A stretch of 64,000 nt of DNA from Prochlorococcus sp. AG-409-B05 (GTDB lineage Bacteria > Cyanobacteriota > Cyanobacteriia > PCC-6307 > Cyanobiaceae). A model generated the notes under the pieces. The model saw nothing but the letters and a program-made list of their open reading frames with translations. It was not told the DNA's origin and searched no databases. Both the position numbers and the translations under genes were made by a program. This document shows positions 49,742-60,025 of the stretch, one piece after another. The stretch lies in contig QCJK01000004.1 in the NCBI GenBank assembly GCA_003216075.1, forward strand, positions 63,837-127,836. Direction: 5' to 3'. How positions within the stretch are numbered: the stretch's first letter is position 1; each line of letters opens with the position of its first letter.

Positions 49742-49814
49742 GCGCCGTTAGTTCAGTTGGTAGAACGCAGGTCTCCAAAACCTGATGTCGGGGGTTCGAG
49801 TCCTCCACGGCGCG
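49742..49814 (+). tRNA. trnW: tRNA-Trp (anticodon CCA)
   Basis: Hand-folded cloverleaf: acceptor GCGCCGT/ACGGCGC, D arm GTTC-AGTTGGTA-GAAC, anticodon stem CAGGT/ACCTG with loop CTCCAAA, T arm GGGGG-TTCGAGT-CCTCC. No encoded CCA. Confidence 0.95.
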
Positions 49815-49850
49815 TCCGATGACCCTTCCTGCAGTTTCCTAGTTTCGATA

Positions 49851-50039
49851 ATGGAGTTAGATCTTCAACCTGGTGATGTAGTCAAGGTGCTCGAGTCGGC
49901 CGCACTCGGTTGGGTACGAGCACGTGTCATTAGAGTCAAATCTGGCGGCCGAGTGGTCGTTCAAAGCGATCAGGGTCGCGAATTCACAGCACGCGGAAAT
50001 CAAGTTCGATTGATTGAACCCGCTGGCTTTCGCCCCTGA
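49851..50039 (+). CDS. Hypothetical small protein (62 aa), G+C-rich, between two tRNA genes
   Basis: MELDLQPGDVVKVLESAALGWVRARVIRVKSGGRVVVQSDQGREFTARGNQVRLIEPAGFRP, a beta-rich KOW/SH3-like pattern. The tracked ORF start (49785) lies inside the tRNA, so the first ATG after it is used. Confidence 0.5.
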   Translation: MELDLQPGDVVKVLESAALGWVRARVIRVKSGGRVVVQSDQGREFTARGNQVRLIEPAGFRP

Positions 50040-50395
50040 TTTTGTTTGGCCAGTCATTGGTTATATCAATCAACTAGAGATCCCTGACCAATTTCCTAGG
50101 GGCCTTTAGGCGTAATTCAAAGTGCCAGTGCTTTATCTATGAATTGTTTTTAAAGTCGATCAATAAGCAAGGCTCTAATTACATTTCATTCCATCTCAAT
50201 GCCAACTTTTTGATTGAATACAACCCAAATAAGTTCTTTAAAATGACCTGCCTCAAAGAAATCCTACAAGATTTACTGTCAACAGGTCCAAAGAACCAAA
50301 ACAATCAAGTTGACGTGGGGCATGTTGTAGATAGATACTTCCAGATGTCGAATGTTCGATATCTGGCAGCCACAAAATCAGGCTGACCAAAACCT

Positions 50396-50469
50396 GGGAC
50401 CGTAGTTCAACTGGTTAGAGCACCGCCCTGTCACGGCGGAAGTTGCGGGTTCGAATCCCGTCGGTCCCG
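50396..50469 (+). tRNA. trnD: tRNA-Asp (anticodon GTC)
   Basis: Acceptor GGGACCG/CGGTCCC, anticodon stem CCGCC/GGCGG with loop CTGTCAC, T arm GCGGG-TTCGAAT-CCCGT. Confidence 0.95.
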
Positions 50470-50491
50470 TTTCCTAAAACAGAGAAAAACA

Positions 50492-51922
50492 TTGAAGGTG
50501 CGAGTTCGCCTGGCCCCAAGTCCCACAGGTACTCTTCACATAGGGACTGCAAGAACAGCCTTATTTAATTGGTTATTCGCAAAACATGAACAAGGAAAAT
50601 TCCTAATACGAATAGAGGACACAGACAAAGAAAGATCCAAGCCTGAATACACCGACAATATTCTTGATGGTTTGAATTGGCTTGGTTTGAATTGGGACGA
50701 AGAGCCAATCATTCAAAGCAATCAAATAGAGCAACATCGAACTGCTATCAAAACATTGCTTCATAAAGGTTACGCATATAGATGCTTTACAACGGAAGCT
50801 GAACTTGATGCCATGAGAGAAGAGCAAAAAAATAGCGGGCAGGCTCCTCGTTATGACAACAGGCACAGGAATCTCAACCTTGAACAACAAGAAGCTTTTA
50901 AAGCAGAAGGGAGGACTGCGGTGATTCGATTTCGCATCGATGATTCAGCAGAAATCACTTGGAGAGACATGGTTCGAGGTCAAATGTCATGGAAGGGAAG
51001 TGACCTTGGAGGAGATATGGTGATCGCCCGTAGAGCACCGGCGAATGAAATCGGAGCACCTCTATACAATTTGGCTGTCGTGGTCGATGACACGGCTATG
51101 GATATAACCCATGTCATCCGAGGAGAAGATCACATCGCAAATACAGCCAAACAAATCTTGCTATATCAAGCACTGGGCTTATCAATACCAAATTTTGCTC
51201 ATACTCCTTTGATCCTTAATGCTGAAGGACGCAAACTCTCCAAACGAGATGGAGTTACATCCCTAAGCGACTTCAGAGCAATGGGCTACACAGCTGAAGC
51301 ATTGGCAAACTATATGACCCTTCTAGGTTGGTCTGTTCCTGAAGGGATGGAAGAAAGATTCACAATCAAAAAAGCTGGAGAAATGTTCAGCTTTGATCGG
51401 GTTAACAAAGCTGGGGCCAAATTTGACTGGGACAAACTCAATTGGCTAAATGCTCAAGTCCTTCACGAAGTACCAATAAACCTCCTGCTTGAGTCCATCA
51501 TTCCTTTATGGACTGAACAAGGTTGGAATTTGCCAAATCAACTTTGGGGAAAAGAGCTTGTAGAACTCATTCGTCCATCACTCATCTTGCTGAATGATGG
51601 AATTGATCAAGCAAAGCCATTCTTTGAGCAACCAAAGTTGGAACAGGATGGATTAAAACAACTCAAAATTGAAGGAGCAATTAAAGCTCTTAAAACCCTT
51701 CTAGATCTTCTGGAAAACAAGCCTTGGGATGGGGTTGATACCAAACAAGCCAAAAGCCTTCTATCTATTGCCGCCGACTCAGCTGGTGTAAAAAAAGGTC
51801 TAATAATGAAAAGTCTCAGAGCTGCTCTTCTTGGGAAAATGCAAGGACCTGACTTAATAACTACATGGTCTTTGTTAGCCAGAATCGGTCAAGACCGAAG
51901 CAGAATCAGGGCTTGTCTTTGA
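50492..51922 (+). CDS. gltX: Glutamyl-tRNA synthetase
   Basis: [22 protein letters not shown] (HIGH region), IRIEDTD and the KLSKRDG (KMSKS) motif. Non-ATG start (TTG, or GTG two codons later). Confidence 0.95.
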   Translation: MKVRVRLAPSPTGTLHIGTARTALFNWLFAKHEQGKFLIRIEDTDKERSKPEYTDNILDGLNWLGLNWDEEPIIQSNQIEQHRTAIKTLLHKGYAYRCFTTEAELDAMREEQKNSGQAPRYDNRHRNLNLEQQEAFKAEGRTAVIRFRIDDSAEITWRDMVRGQMSWKGSDLGGDMVIARRAPANEIGAPLYNLAVVVDDTAMDITHVIRGEDHIANTAKQILLYQALGLSIPNFAHTPLILNAEGRKLSKRDGVTSLSDFRAMGYTAEALANYMTLLGWSVPEGMEERFTIKKAGEMFSFDRVNKAGAKFDWDKLNWLNAQVLHEVPINLLLESIIPLWTEQGWNLPNQLWGKELVELIRPSLILLNDGIDQAKPFFEQPKLEQDGLKQLKIEGAIKALKTLLDLLENKPWDGVDTKQAKSLLSIAADSAGVKKGLIMKSLRAALLGKMQGPDLITTWSLLARIGQDRSRIRACL

Positions 51923-53149
51923 TTGAGAGCTTTCGTTAGACTTATGTGCCTGTTCCTGTGGGGACAAAAGACCGAGGACTTTAGCCAAAGGCTGTGCTGT
52001 CAAACCTTGAATCCCAACTGTCATAAGGATAGTTAAAAATACTAATCCCTGAAGGCGGCCGGCACCTAATACACCTGCTTGCTCAAGTCGAATAGAAAAA
52101 AGAGATGCAACAGCTGCGGTAACTATTCCCCTAGGCGCTAACCAGCCAAGAAACAACCGCTGCTTAACATCTAATGGGAGACCTATCGTGGCAACAGTTA
52201 CTGCACAAGGCCGCACAATTAACATTAATGCAAGCACACATGTAATTCCTCCCCATCCAAGAGGGCTTAACTCACTCCAGGAAACATCTGCAGCCAAGAG
52301 TGGGAACAGCATAGTTATTGCCAATTGAGCTAGTTCTCTAATTAATTGATCAAGTTGATTGGCCTCAGTTGCAGGCCTTCTACCTACAACAAAACCTGCT
52401 GCCACTGAAGCGGGCAAACCAGACTCTGGCAAAATCCATTCACAAATCCCATATAGAAGGAATAAAACTCCTAAGGTCAACTGCAATCTCAGCCCTACCG
52501 ATGGATCAGGCCTTATTCGCTTAAGCCCTTCCGAAAGCACCCATCCTGCAAAAGCGCCTATAACTACTCCTCCTCCCAGCCGAGCAAATAAACCTAGAGC
52601 CAACTCCCTCCAACCATGTAAATCTCCAACCAATAATTCAAGCAACAACAACGCCAAAACAGCCCCTACTGGTTCAAGGAACAAACCCTCTGCCTCAAGT
52701 ACATCTCCAAGAGGAGGAGCCAATCGTATTTGTTGTACTAATGGCGTAACCACTGTTGGACCTGTAGCCAAAATAATTGCGCTATATACCGCCGCAACTG
52801 ACCATCCCAAGCCTGCAAGCCAATGTGCAGCCAAAAGGCCAGCTGCCAATGACACAACAAGCCTTATTAGGGAGATTCTCAATACTGTGGCCTTAATTGT
52901 GTCACCAGGGAGGCGTAGATTCAGACCACCGTCAAACAAGACCAAACTTACTAAAAGTCCAACTATTGTTTCTAGTCCTTGCCCTAAATCCAAAGGTTCT
53001 ACTAATCCAAGACCAGATCTCCCAATAAAAAGTCCAGAAAGCAATAGCAAAACAACACCAGGAAGTCCAGTCAAAGCAGCCAAAAGCCTTGCGCCTGCGC
53101 CCACGAAGACGGTAATTCCCCAAAGCAAACCTAGACGCTCAGGCGTCAT
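51875..53149 (-). CDS. Na+/H+ (cation:proton) antiporter, CPA1/NhaP-like
   Basis: 424 aa, about 11-12 TM helices, Leu/Gly/Ala-rich. The ATGPTVV and [16 protein letters not shown] segments resemble Na_H_exchanger family helices. A hydrophilic C-terminal tail overlaps the gltX 3' end. Confidence 0.75.
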   Translation of the reverse strand: MTPERLGLLWGITVFVGAGARLLAALTGLPGVVLLLLSGLFIGRSGLGLVEPLDLGQGLETIVGLLVSLVLFDGGLNLRLPGDTIKATVLRISLIRLVVSLAAGLLAAHWLAGLGWSVAAVYSAIILATGPTVVTPLVQQIRLAPPLGDVLEAEGLFLEPVGAVLALLLLELLVGDLHGWRELALGLFARLGGGVVIGAFAGWVLSEGLKRIRPDPSVGLRLQLTLGVLFLLYGICEWILPESGLPASVAAGFVVGRRPATEANQLDQLIRELAQLAITMLFPLLAADVSWSELSPLGWGGITCVLALMLIVRPCAVTVATIGLPLDVKQRLFLGWLAPRGIVTAAVASLFSIRLEQAGVLGAGRLQGLVFLTILMTVGIQGLTAQPLAKVLGLLSPQEQAHKSNESSQSKTSPDSASVLTDSG

Positions 53150-53422
53150 TGAATCTCGCCTGAAAACATTGCAGTTCTACCTCTATCGCTGCTTCTGACC
53201 GCAAAAAGAGAGGCTGATCAAATATCTGCGCTAGAGGCACTTAAAACACTCTCCTGTCTAGAAAAGAAATTATTCTCCCCCTTATATAACTGCAGAACCG
53301 TTTATAGGGTAGGGGGATGAAACTCTCCATATAATAAAAACAAATGGTGATAAATTCCAAAACCTAGTCTCAGATTTTATTTGAGATTTAAAAACAATAC
53401 AATTTTAATATAGATCTTATTC

Positions 53423-53968
53423 TTAAAGAGCAAAAGATTTCATCTGTTCTTTCTTTGATAAATATAAAGGATGTCGAGGGTTACCGTTCCTTGTTAGGCC
53501 CATAGAGAAAGGTCCTGACGCATCAAAAAATTTAAGCTGTCTTACATTCCAAAAGAACTTAACCATTTCCATTACTTCAAGGTTACGTTGAAACAAAACC
53601 CCTCTTTCTCCCCAGCCAAAACAAAGATCTCGCCATGAGGTCTGAGACCAATTACAAAATTGAATAAATAGCTCATGATCATTTTTTACACCTATGGGTT
53701 CAGCACATTTAATAAGTACTTCTGGAGTTTTACTAATCCTTGCAAAAAGATTAACTACAATCAATTCGCCATATCCCCACCCTCTAGAGAACCTCAATAA
53801 TCTCCTTAAAGTTGGATCATCTTTTTCCCCAGTGGCAATAGAAGGGTTTAATCCAACAAAAAGCAAAGTTCTCTTGTTACTTTTACTCCATTTACGCCTT
53901 AACGACCACCTGTACATTCCACATGGACTAAAAGAAGCCTTAGAGCTCAAGAAATGTGCGGCTTGCAT
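53423..53968 (-). CDS. DUF1643-family protein
   Basis: FSPCGMYRWSLRRKW...LLFVGLNPSIATGEKDDPTLRRLLRFSRGWGYGELIVVNLFA matches my recollection of the DUF1643 N-terminal pattern. Start set at ATG 53968, which still overlaps the wecB 3' end by 29 nt. Confidence 0.65.
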   Translation of the reverse strand: MQAAHFLSSKASFSPCGMYRWSLRRKWSKSNKRTLLFVGLNPSIATGEKDDPTLRRLLRFSRGWGYGELIVVNLFARISKTPEVLIKCAEPIGVKNDHELFIQFCNWSQTSWRDLCFGWGERGVLFQRNLEVMEMVKFFWNVRQLKFFDASGPFSMGLTRNGNPRHPLYLSKKEQMKSFAL

Positions 53969-55055
53969 TAAAAATCCTTTTACTTGATTTGCCATCTCCA
54001 AAAGGATTTGGAATCCTCTTTACTTTTGTATTAAAACATTCTAAGTCTTTAAGAACTCTTGTTGTTTCTGAGCAAATAGTTACAGGATTAGTCCCTACAA
54101 GAGTGGCAATACCAATTTTGACGGCCTCATTCCTCTCCGTAGTTTCTCTAAGGACTAAAACTGGTTTAGCAAATGCACAAGCCTCTTCTTGGATACTTCC
54201 AGAATCAGTCAAGATCAAAGAGCAATCCCTTATTGCCGCTAAGAAAAAATTATATTCCAATGGTTCAGTAAATATTATCCTTGAATGATTGCCTAATAAT
54301 TTCCGAATTCTTTTACCTAATTCAGGATCTGGATGCAAAGGAAATAATAAAACCACATCATTGTTAGATTCCAATATTTTCCTTATACCAGAAGCAATTT
54401 GCCCAAGTCTTTCTCCTCTATTTTCTCTTCTATGTACCGTTATTAATATTACTTTTTGGACTGTCCAATCAATACCTTTCAATGCCAATCTTGGCAATTT
54501 GCTAGAGATATAATCTATGGCATCTATAACGGTATTACCCGTCACTAAAATATTACCAAGTACTCCAGCTGAATTTAAATTAAGTGCAGAGCAATATGTC
54601 GGAGCGAAGTGTAAATGTGCAATTTGAGAAATCAACCTCCTATACATTTCTTCCGGAAAAGGTTCTAACCAATTATTGGTTCTAAGTCCAGCCTCAACAT
54701 GCGCTACCGGAATTTGCTCATAGAAAGCTGCCAAAGAAGCAGAAAAAGCTGTTGCAGTGTCTCCTTGAACAAAAACAAGTTTAGGAGGAAATTCTTTAAA
54801 TTCAATTTTAAGTCCATTTAATACTGAACTGGTTATATGAGACAAATTCTGTCCATGAGACATTAGATCAATATTTCGATTTTCTTTAATTTCAAACAAA
54901 TTCATTACCTGATTTGCCATATCTCGATGTTGCCCAGAAAGCACAACACGTGTTTCTATATCTTGAGATTCCTTAAACCTCATAATCACAACGGCTAGCT
55001 TAATAACCTCCGGACGAGTACCCAACACGAAAGTAACGCGGGGCTTTAAAGCCAT
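53940..55055 (-). CDS. wecB: UDP-N-acetylglucosamine 2-epimerase (non-hydrolysing)
   Basis: VLGTRPEVIKLAVV, QGDTATAF, HVEAGLRT, TDSGSIQEEA and RETTER motifs. Confidence 0.9.
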   Translation of the reverse strand: MALKPRVTFVLGTRPEVIKLAVVIMRFKESQDIETRVVLSGQHRDMANQVMNLFEIKENRNIDLMSHGQNLSHITSSVLNGLKIEFKEFPPKLVFVQGDTATAFSASLAAFYEQIPVAHVEAGLRTNNWLEPFPEEMYRRLISQIAHLHFAPTYCSALNLNSAGVLGNILVTGNTVIDAIDYISSKLPRLALKGIDWTVQKVILITVHRRENRGERLGQIASGIRKILESNNDVVLLFPLHPDPELGKRIRKLLGNHSRIIFTEPLEYNFFLAAIRDCSLILTDSGSIQEEACAFAKPVLVLRETTERNEAVKIGIATLVGTNPVTICSETTRVLKDLECFNTKVKRIPNPFGDGKSSKRIFNASRTFLEL

Positions 55056-55193
55056 AGAGTTAAATTGCTAGAGGTTTAAAATATTTAGAGCAATGGGGAT
55101 GAATTCTATTAATTAACCTAAAAATCTTCATGTCAGGAAATAAATACTGCAGAAAAATTATCAAAAATAAACTTTAAATCAAAACAAGATTAA

Positions 55194-55376
55194 TCAATTT
55201 ATGGAAAAAAAATTGAACAAGAGTAACAAACTCAATCCAACAGCTAAACCAAACATTGCCATCCGACCATTCCATATTTCAGCTTGAGGAGTAAACCCAC
55301 GCCTCCATGAATTCAACTCTCCTGTACTGACAGGCTGCCCACCTCCTCTAGATTCAAACTGAGTTTTGCTCTCCAT
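55194..55376 (-). CDS. hli: High-light-inducible protein (one-helix CAB/ELIP/HLIP family)
   Basis: 60 aa with AEIWNGRMAMFGLAVGL, the chlorophyll-binding helix signature (E..NGR.AM.G). Confidence 0.9.
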   Translation of the reverse strand: MESKTQFESRGGGQPVSTGELNSWRRGFTPQAEIWNGRMAMFGLAVGLSLLLLFNFFSIN

Positions 55377-55419
55377 AGCTTTAATCTAATAAAAAATCTT
55401 GCCTTTGCCATCTATCCAA

Positions 55420-56493
55420 TCAAAAAGGAGGCGGAGATTGATAAAAAGAATCTGCCTCAGCCAAAGGCCATCTGGGAGAAACACCTAATTCTATTGAGCT
55501 AGATCTATTAGTTACTTCTAAACGCATCAATGCAGCTGCACCAATCATGGCAGCATTATCAGTACAAAAAGCCTTAGGTGCCAAGTACAAATCAATCCCT
55601 TCCTCAAATGCTCTCTGTTTCATCATTTCTCTAAGTCGATTATTTGCAGCAACACCACCAACCATTACTAGGGTTTTTAATTTTTCTTCAACAGCACAAC
55701 GCAAACTTCTTTCAACAAGTACCTCTGCAACAATATTTTCAAAACTTGCCGCAAGATCTGGTCTGGGAATCTCGTGGCCATTTGCGCGCAAAGATTCAAC
55801 CAAACGCAACATCGCTGTTTTCAATCCACTAAAAGAAAAGTCATAAGGGTAATAACCACCTTCAGGCCTGGAGACTCTTCCCTTTGGTAAAACGAATCTT
55901 TTGGGATCCCCTTTCGATGCCAAGTTTTCAATGGCAGGGCCACCTGGGTAGGGAAGACCTAGCAGCCTTGCAACCTTGTCAAAAGCTTCACCAGCGGCAT
56001 CATCGTGACTACGTCCTAAACGAATGAAATTTCTGTCACTTGACACACGTATTAACTCTGTGTGCCCACCACTTACCAACAAAACAAGATAGGGCAATTC
56101 AGGAGGATTCTTCCCTAGCAAAACTGATGATAGATGTCCCTCTAGATGATGAATCCCTATAAAAGGCAAGGAATATAAGGAGGCAAGTGTCCTGGCTGTT
56201 ACTGAACCAATCATTAGAGCCCCTGCCAAGCCTGGCGCAACTGTTGCGGCTACTGCATCCATATCGGTCATCTCTAACTTCGACTCACTCAATACTTCCC
56301 CAAGAAGAAATGGCAAAGCCTCCAAGTGTTTTCTTGAAGCAATTTCAGGTACGACTCCTCCCCACTTCGCATGTTCATTGACCTGAGAAGCTATTCGATT
56401 TGCTATTACTACTAATTTCTTGCCCTCCATTCCCATCACAGCCACAGCAGACTCGTCACAACTTGTTTCGAGGGCGAGCAATTTTTGCTGCAT
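55420..56493 (-). CDS. tsaD: tRNA N6-adenosine threonylcarbamoyltransferase
   Basis: [34 protein letters not shown] and [10 protein letters not shown] motifs. Start set at ATG 56493. Confidence 0.95.
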   Translation of the reverse strand: MQQKLLALETSCDESAVAVMGMEGKKLVVIANRIASQVNEHAKWGGVVPEIASRKHLEALPFLLGEVLSESKLEMTDMDAVAATVAPGLAGALMIGSVTARTLASLYSLPFIGIHHLEGHLSSVLLGKNPPELPYLVLLVSGGHTELIRVSSDRNFIRLGRSHDDAAGEAFDKVARLLGLPYPGGPAIENLASKGDPKRFVLPKGRVSRPEGGYYPYDFSFSGLKTAMLRLVESLRANGHEIPRPDLAASFENIVAEVLVERSLRCAVEEKLKTLVMVGGVAANNRLREMMKQRAFEEGIDLYLAPKAFCTDNAAMIGAAALMRLEVTNRSSSIELGVSPRWPLAEADSFYQSPPPF

Positions 56494-56569
56494 TGAGTTG
56501 TATCTCATCTAACTTATATAGGACTGACATCCTGTTCTCGCACGGCAGGCTTAACCAGGAATAGAACTA

Positions 56570-57139
56570 ATGCGTCGTTTCTTCGCCATTCTCCTATCAG
56601 CTTTCCTTGTCATCGGCTTTGCTCCAGTAGCAAATGCTGGGCCCGATCTGAATCCTGACAGAGAAAGCACCTCTTTCACAGCTTCTGCACTAACCACTTG
56701 CTCTGAAAACGCACGTTTCCAAGAAAGAGCGAGCGCTGCATCTACACCACAAGATGTTGCAAGATTTGAGAGGTACGGCAAAGCCTCCTGTGGTGATGAT
56801 GGTTTACCACATCTAATTATCGCTCCAACTCTTGAACCATTTGGTGCTCTTGCAAACCGTGGACACGAAGGTGATGTGTTGATTCCAGCTCATATATTCA
56901 TCTTTGTTGCAGGAATAATTGGTTGGGCTGGCAGAGAATATCTAAGAGCAGCTCGAGCCTCAAGTGATCCTGTCGACAAAGAGCTTTTCTTTGACCCAGA
57001 CCTTTTAAGAGATGCCTTAGTTAAAGGAGCTCGTTGGCCAGAGCTGGCTGATAAAGAATCTCGTGGAGGAGATTTACGAGAAAGCAACAAGAACATCACT
57101 TGTTCTCCAGAGTCTGATTACAGCCAAGTGCCCTTTTAA
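56570..57139 (+). CDS. psaF: Photosystem I subunit III (PsaF)
   Basis: Signal peptide, TTCSENARFQER, CGDDGLPHLI and GWAGREYL motifs. Confidence 0.9.
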   Translation: MRRFFAILLSAFLVIGFAPVANAGPDLNPDRESTSFTASALTTCSENARFQERASAASTPQDVARFERYGKASCGDDGLPHLIIAPTLEPFGALANRGHEGDVLIPAHIFIFVAGIIGWAGREYLRAARASSDPVDKELFFDPDLLRDALVKGARWPELADKESRGGDLRESNKNITCSPESDYSQVPF

Positions 57140-57193
57140 TTCACTGAAGTAACTACACAGACTTCACAATCCCACAATTTTCTCATCAACATA

Positions 57194-57358
57194 ATGTCAA
57201 ATTCCCCACACCAAGGCCCCTGGTATGAAAACCACAAGCTTTTCAGATCAGTTCCAGTAGTCGCCGCAGGATGGGTTCTTTTTACTGCTGGCTACATAGT
57301 TGAATTCCAGCGCTTCCATCCAGACCTACTTTTCCACCCCTTAAGTGGTGGATTCTAA
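57194..57358 (+). CDS. psaJ: Photosystem I subunit IX (PsaJ)
   Basis: My manual translation is [54 protein letters not shown]. The TM helix plus the F(N/Q)RF.PD.LFHP motif and the position directly after psaF identify it. It is below the ORF-track cutoff. Confidence 0.85.
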   Translation: MSNSPHQGPWYENHKLFRSVPVVAAGWVLFTAGYIVEFQRFHPDLLFHPLSGGF

Positions 57359-57385
57359 AAAGAATAACTTAAAAATATAGTTATC

Positions 57386-57443
57386 CTCTTTGAAAACATA
57401 AAGGGAGGCCTTACTTAAGGCCTCCCTTTATGTTTTCAAAGAG
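57386..57443. terminator. 58-nt perfect palindrome (about 27-bp stem) between convergent psaJ and gmk; bidirectional intrinsic terminator
   Basis: CTCTTTGAAAACATAAAGGGAGGCCTTA / TAAGGCCTCCCTTTATGTTTTCAAAGAG were paired position by position with no mismatch. T-rich tracts follow on both strands. Confidence 0.85.
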
Positions 57444-57486
57444 ATCTATTTTCTTTTATTAGCGCTAAAAACTATAAATGTAAAAA

Positions 57487-58059
57487 TTAAGGACTCTCAA
57501 AGCCCATTTGTTTTTCAATTTGAGAGACTGCTGTCAACAAATCATCATTGATAATCACTGCATCAAATTCATCTTTTGCTTTTAATTCTTCCTTCGCTCT
57601 AACTAAACGCTTCTGTATAGCCTCTTCTTCATCTGTTGCTCGTCCTCGTATACGTTTTTCAAGTTCATCAAAACTTGGAGGAGCAAGGAAAATCTGAAGA
57701 GCTTCCGGAAAATTTTTCCTTACCTGCCTAGCTCCTTCCAACTCAATTTCAAGCAAAACTGGTATTCCATCCGAAAGTTTTTCCTTGACTGGTTTTACAG
57801 GTGTTCCATAACAATTCCCAGCAAATTCTGCCCATTCAAGAAATCCATCCGAATCAACCAGATTAAAAAAACGATCACGCTCCAAGAAGTGATAATGCTC
57901 ACCATCAAGTTCCCCATCTCTTGGTGCACGAGTCGTTGCTGATATAGACAGCCAAATTTCTTTATGTCGCTGAAGTAGTAACTTCACCAAAGAACCCTTC
58001 CCGACCCCACTAGGTCCCGTAATCACTGTGAATCCACAAGCAATTGTTGATGGAGCCAT
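57487..58059 (-). CDS. gmk: Guanylate kinase
   Basis: P-loop [20 protein letters not shown](D)GE, GxxYxF (GEHYHFL). Confidence 0.95.
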   Translation of the reverse strand: MAPSTIACGFTVITGPSGVGKGSLVKLLLQRHKEIWLSISATTRAPRDGELDGEHYHFLERDRFFNLVDSDGFLEWAEFAGNCYGTPVKPVKEKLSDGIPVLLEIELEGARQVRKNFPEALQIFLAPPSFDELEKRIRGRATDEEEAIQKRLVRAKEELKAKDEFDAVIINDDLLTAVSQIEKQMGFESP

Positions 58060-58124
58060 TACTTACAACAAATCATTTAACAAACTGGGGGGCACTCATC
58101 TCATGATTAGTCCAGGCTAAATAA

Positions 58125-59843
58125 ATGGACTGTGCCCCTTTGCAGTTAATGGACCTAACCAGCCTAAAGGCTGTAATGGCAGACCTTCGAGAAGAAATAT
58201 TGCCTAGTCGCTTTGAAAAAGCGCAACAACTAGATTCAAGCACCCTTCAAATTGGCCTCAGGACACTAAAAGGCTTGTCCTGGCTTGAAATTAGTTGGAG
58301 TGCTGATGCCGCAAGGATTGTAGAAATCCCATCGCCCATAAGAAAAGGAGGAGAAAGCACTCTTGCTAAACAATTTCAACACGGCTTAAAACAAATGACA
58401 CTTATCAAATTAAATCAAAAAGGATTTGATCGTATAGTTGAGTTTAAATGGGCATTGCGCCCTGGAAAAAATATTCATCGAACTTTAGTTGTTGAATTAA
58501 TGGGTCGCCATAGCAATATTTTACTTCTAGATGAGAAGCAAAAGATTATCACTCTTGGGCGACAAGTTCGTAATAATCAATCTCGAATAAGACCACTTAG
58601 CACAGGTGATTTATATGTTCCTCCTCCTCCCTTACTGGGTGTTGAACCTAGACGAAGTGAATCTATGGAACGATGGAAACAAAGACTTTGCTTGATCCCA
58701 ACAACACTAAAAAAATCTCTACAACAAAGTTATCAAGGAATAAGTCCTTCTCTAATACTTCAAATTGCACATGATGAAGAGAAGATCGCCAAAAGTCTTA
58801 TTAATCTTCAAGTAATGAGTATATCGAATCATGAATGGATTCGTCTATATGAGAGATGGTCTATTTGGTTGCAAAGGATAGAGGAATCAAGACTAATTCT
58901 TGACTTTGATGGGCCAACTCCTTTCCGAGTTTGGAATACCAAAGAAAATAAAAATTTCATCCAAAGAGGTCTAAGCCTTGCCTTAGGAAGATATTATCGT
59001 GATCATCTTGATAATATGAAGCTAAGTAAAATAAAAAGAGAATTAGAAAATAGAATTATTCACTTTAGAAAAGCAGAAGAAAACATAATATTTTCACAAC
59101 AACTATTACTAAAAAATACTTCTAAAAGCAATGAGCTTCAAAAAAAAGCTGACAACCTACTTTGCAGTCCTTTCCCTAGCAAGGATCTAGTAAATCAAGC
59201 GCAAAAACTTTATCGGCAGGTAAAGAAACTACGTCGTTCAATACCAATAATTAAAGATCGTATCTTATTTCACCAACAAAGAATAGAGATTATTCAAGGA
59301 AGTGAGGCTTTTGCTGAAGAGATAATAAATGACAATTCAGAAGATAATTCAATAAAATTTCAGAGATTATATGAACTACAAAATGAATTAGATGAATTAC
59401 TAAGTCCCCGTAAAAAGCGTAAAAAAAATATTCATCAAAAAACAATGCAGCCAACTAATCCCCTTGAAATAAAAAGTCCAAGTGGACTCATTATTCAGAT
59501 CGGCAGAAACCACCGCCAAAATGATTTGATTAGCATGCGTCAATCAAATCGTGGAGATAAATGGTTTCATGCTCAGGAATGTCCAGGAAGTCACGTAATT
59601 CTTAAAGCATCCACAGGTTTAGCCGAAGAAGAGGATTTCCAAATGGCCGCTGATCTTGCTGCTTTTTTTAGCCGTGGAAGAGGAAACAGGAATGTTCCTG
59701 TAATAGTCACTTCCACAGATCAACTCCAAAGAATTCCTGGTGCGGGTCCTGGGGTTTTGCGACACAGAAATAGCACCGTCTACTGGGGAGATCCTTTGCG
59801 AGCATCAAAAGTACTTTCTCAATCTAATCAGAGCGGTTCATAA
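58125..59843 (+). CDS. NFACT-family (FbpA/RqcH-like) protein with a C-terminal DUF814 domain
   Basis: N-terminal NFACT-N pattern (VELMGRHSNILLLD), a central coiled-coil K/E-rich region, and C-terminal DKWFHAQECPGSHVILK (NFACT-R/DUF814). Confidence 0.8.
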   Translation: MDCAPLQLMDLTSLKAVMADLREEILPSRFEKAQQLDSSTLQIGLRTLKGLSWLEISWSADAARIVEIPSPIRKGGESTLAKQFQHGLKQMTLIKLNQKGFDRIVEFKWALRPGKNIHRTLVVELMGRHSNILLLDEKQKIITLGRQVRNNQSRIRPLSTGDLYVPPPPLLGVEPRRSESMERWKQRLCLIPTTLKKSLQQSYQGISPSLILQIAHDEEKIAKSLINLQVMSISNHEWIRLYERWSIWLQRIEESRLILDFDGPTPFRVWNTKENKNFIQRGLSLALGRYYRDHLDNMKLSKIKRELENRIIHFRKAEENIIFSQQLLLKNTSKSNELQKKADNLLCSPFPSKDLVNQAQKLYRQVKKLRRSIPIIKDRILFHQQRIEIIQGSEAFAEEIINDNSEDNSIKFQRLYELQNELDELLSPRKKRKKNIHQKTMQPTNPLEIKSPSGLIIQIGRNHRQNDLISMRQSNRGDKWFHAQECPGSHVILKASTGLAEEEDFQMAADLAAFFSRGRGNRNVPVIVTSTDQLQRIPGAGPGVLRHRNSTVYWGDPLRASKVLSQSNQSGS

Positions 59844-60025
59844 ACCAATCTTTTGACAATTCAAATCGCTAAGACAAATGACGATCCATTTCAATCATTC
59901 ATCATCTAGAACGAGCTTAGGGGCCGCCAAAAACCTATTCAAGGAGAAAGACGGACCTGCTAAGCAGGAGGCACCTTCTGACTTCCGATGCCGTATCATT
60001 AAAAAATGATCAGATGTGAATTTAA

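Noticed and set aside
50144-50386. 80-aa ORF between the small G+C-rich ORF and tRNA-Asp.
   Set aside because: It is AT-rich and Asn/Phe/Lys-biased with a non-ATG start. There is no supporting signal. A shorter version from MTCLKEILQ… cannot be excluded.
51875-53149. Higher G+C of the antiporter gene as a sign of horizontal transfer.
   Set aside because: Reading the codons, Leu is mostly TTG/CTT/TTA and Gly mostly GGA/GGT, which is host-like A/T-ending usage. The G+C excess comes from the Leu/Ala/Gly/Val-rich amino-acid composition, not from foreign codon usage.
52359-53198. 279-aa ORF on the plus strand, the largest unassigned ORF in the track.
   Set aside because: It lies entirely antisense to the Na+/H+ antiporter gene. 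Its product is low-complexity Pro/Ser/Thr/Lys/Ala-rich with no motif, which is the typical shadow ORF of a Leu/Gly/Ala-rich membrane gene.
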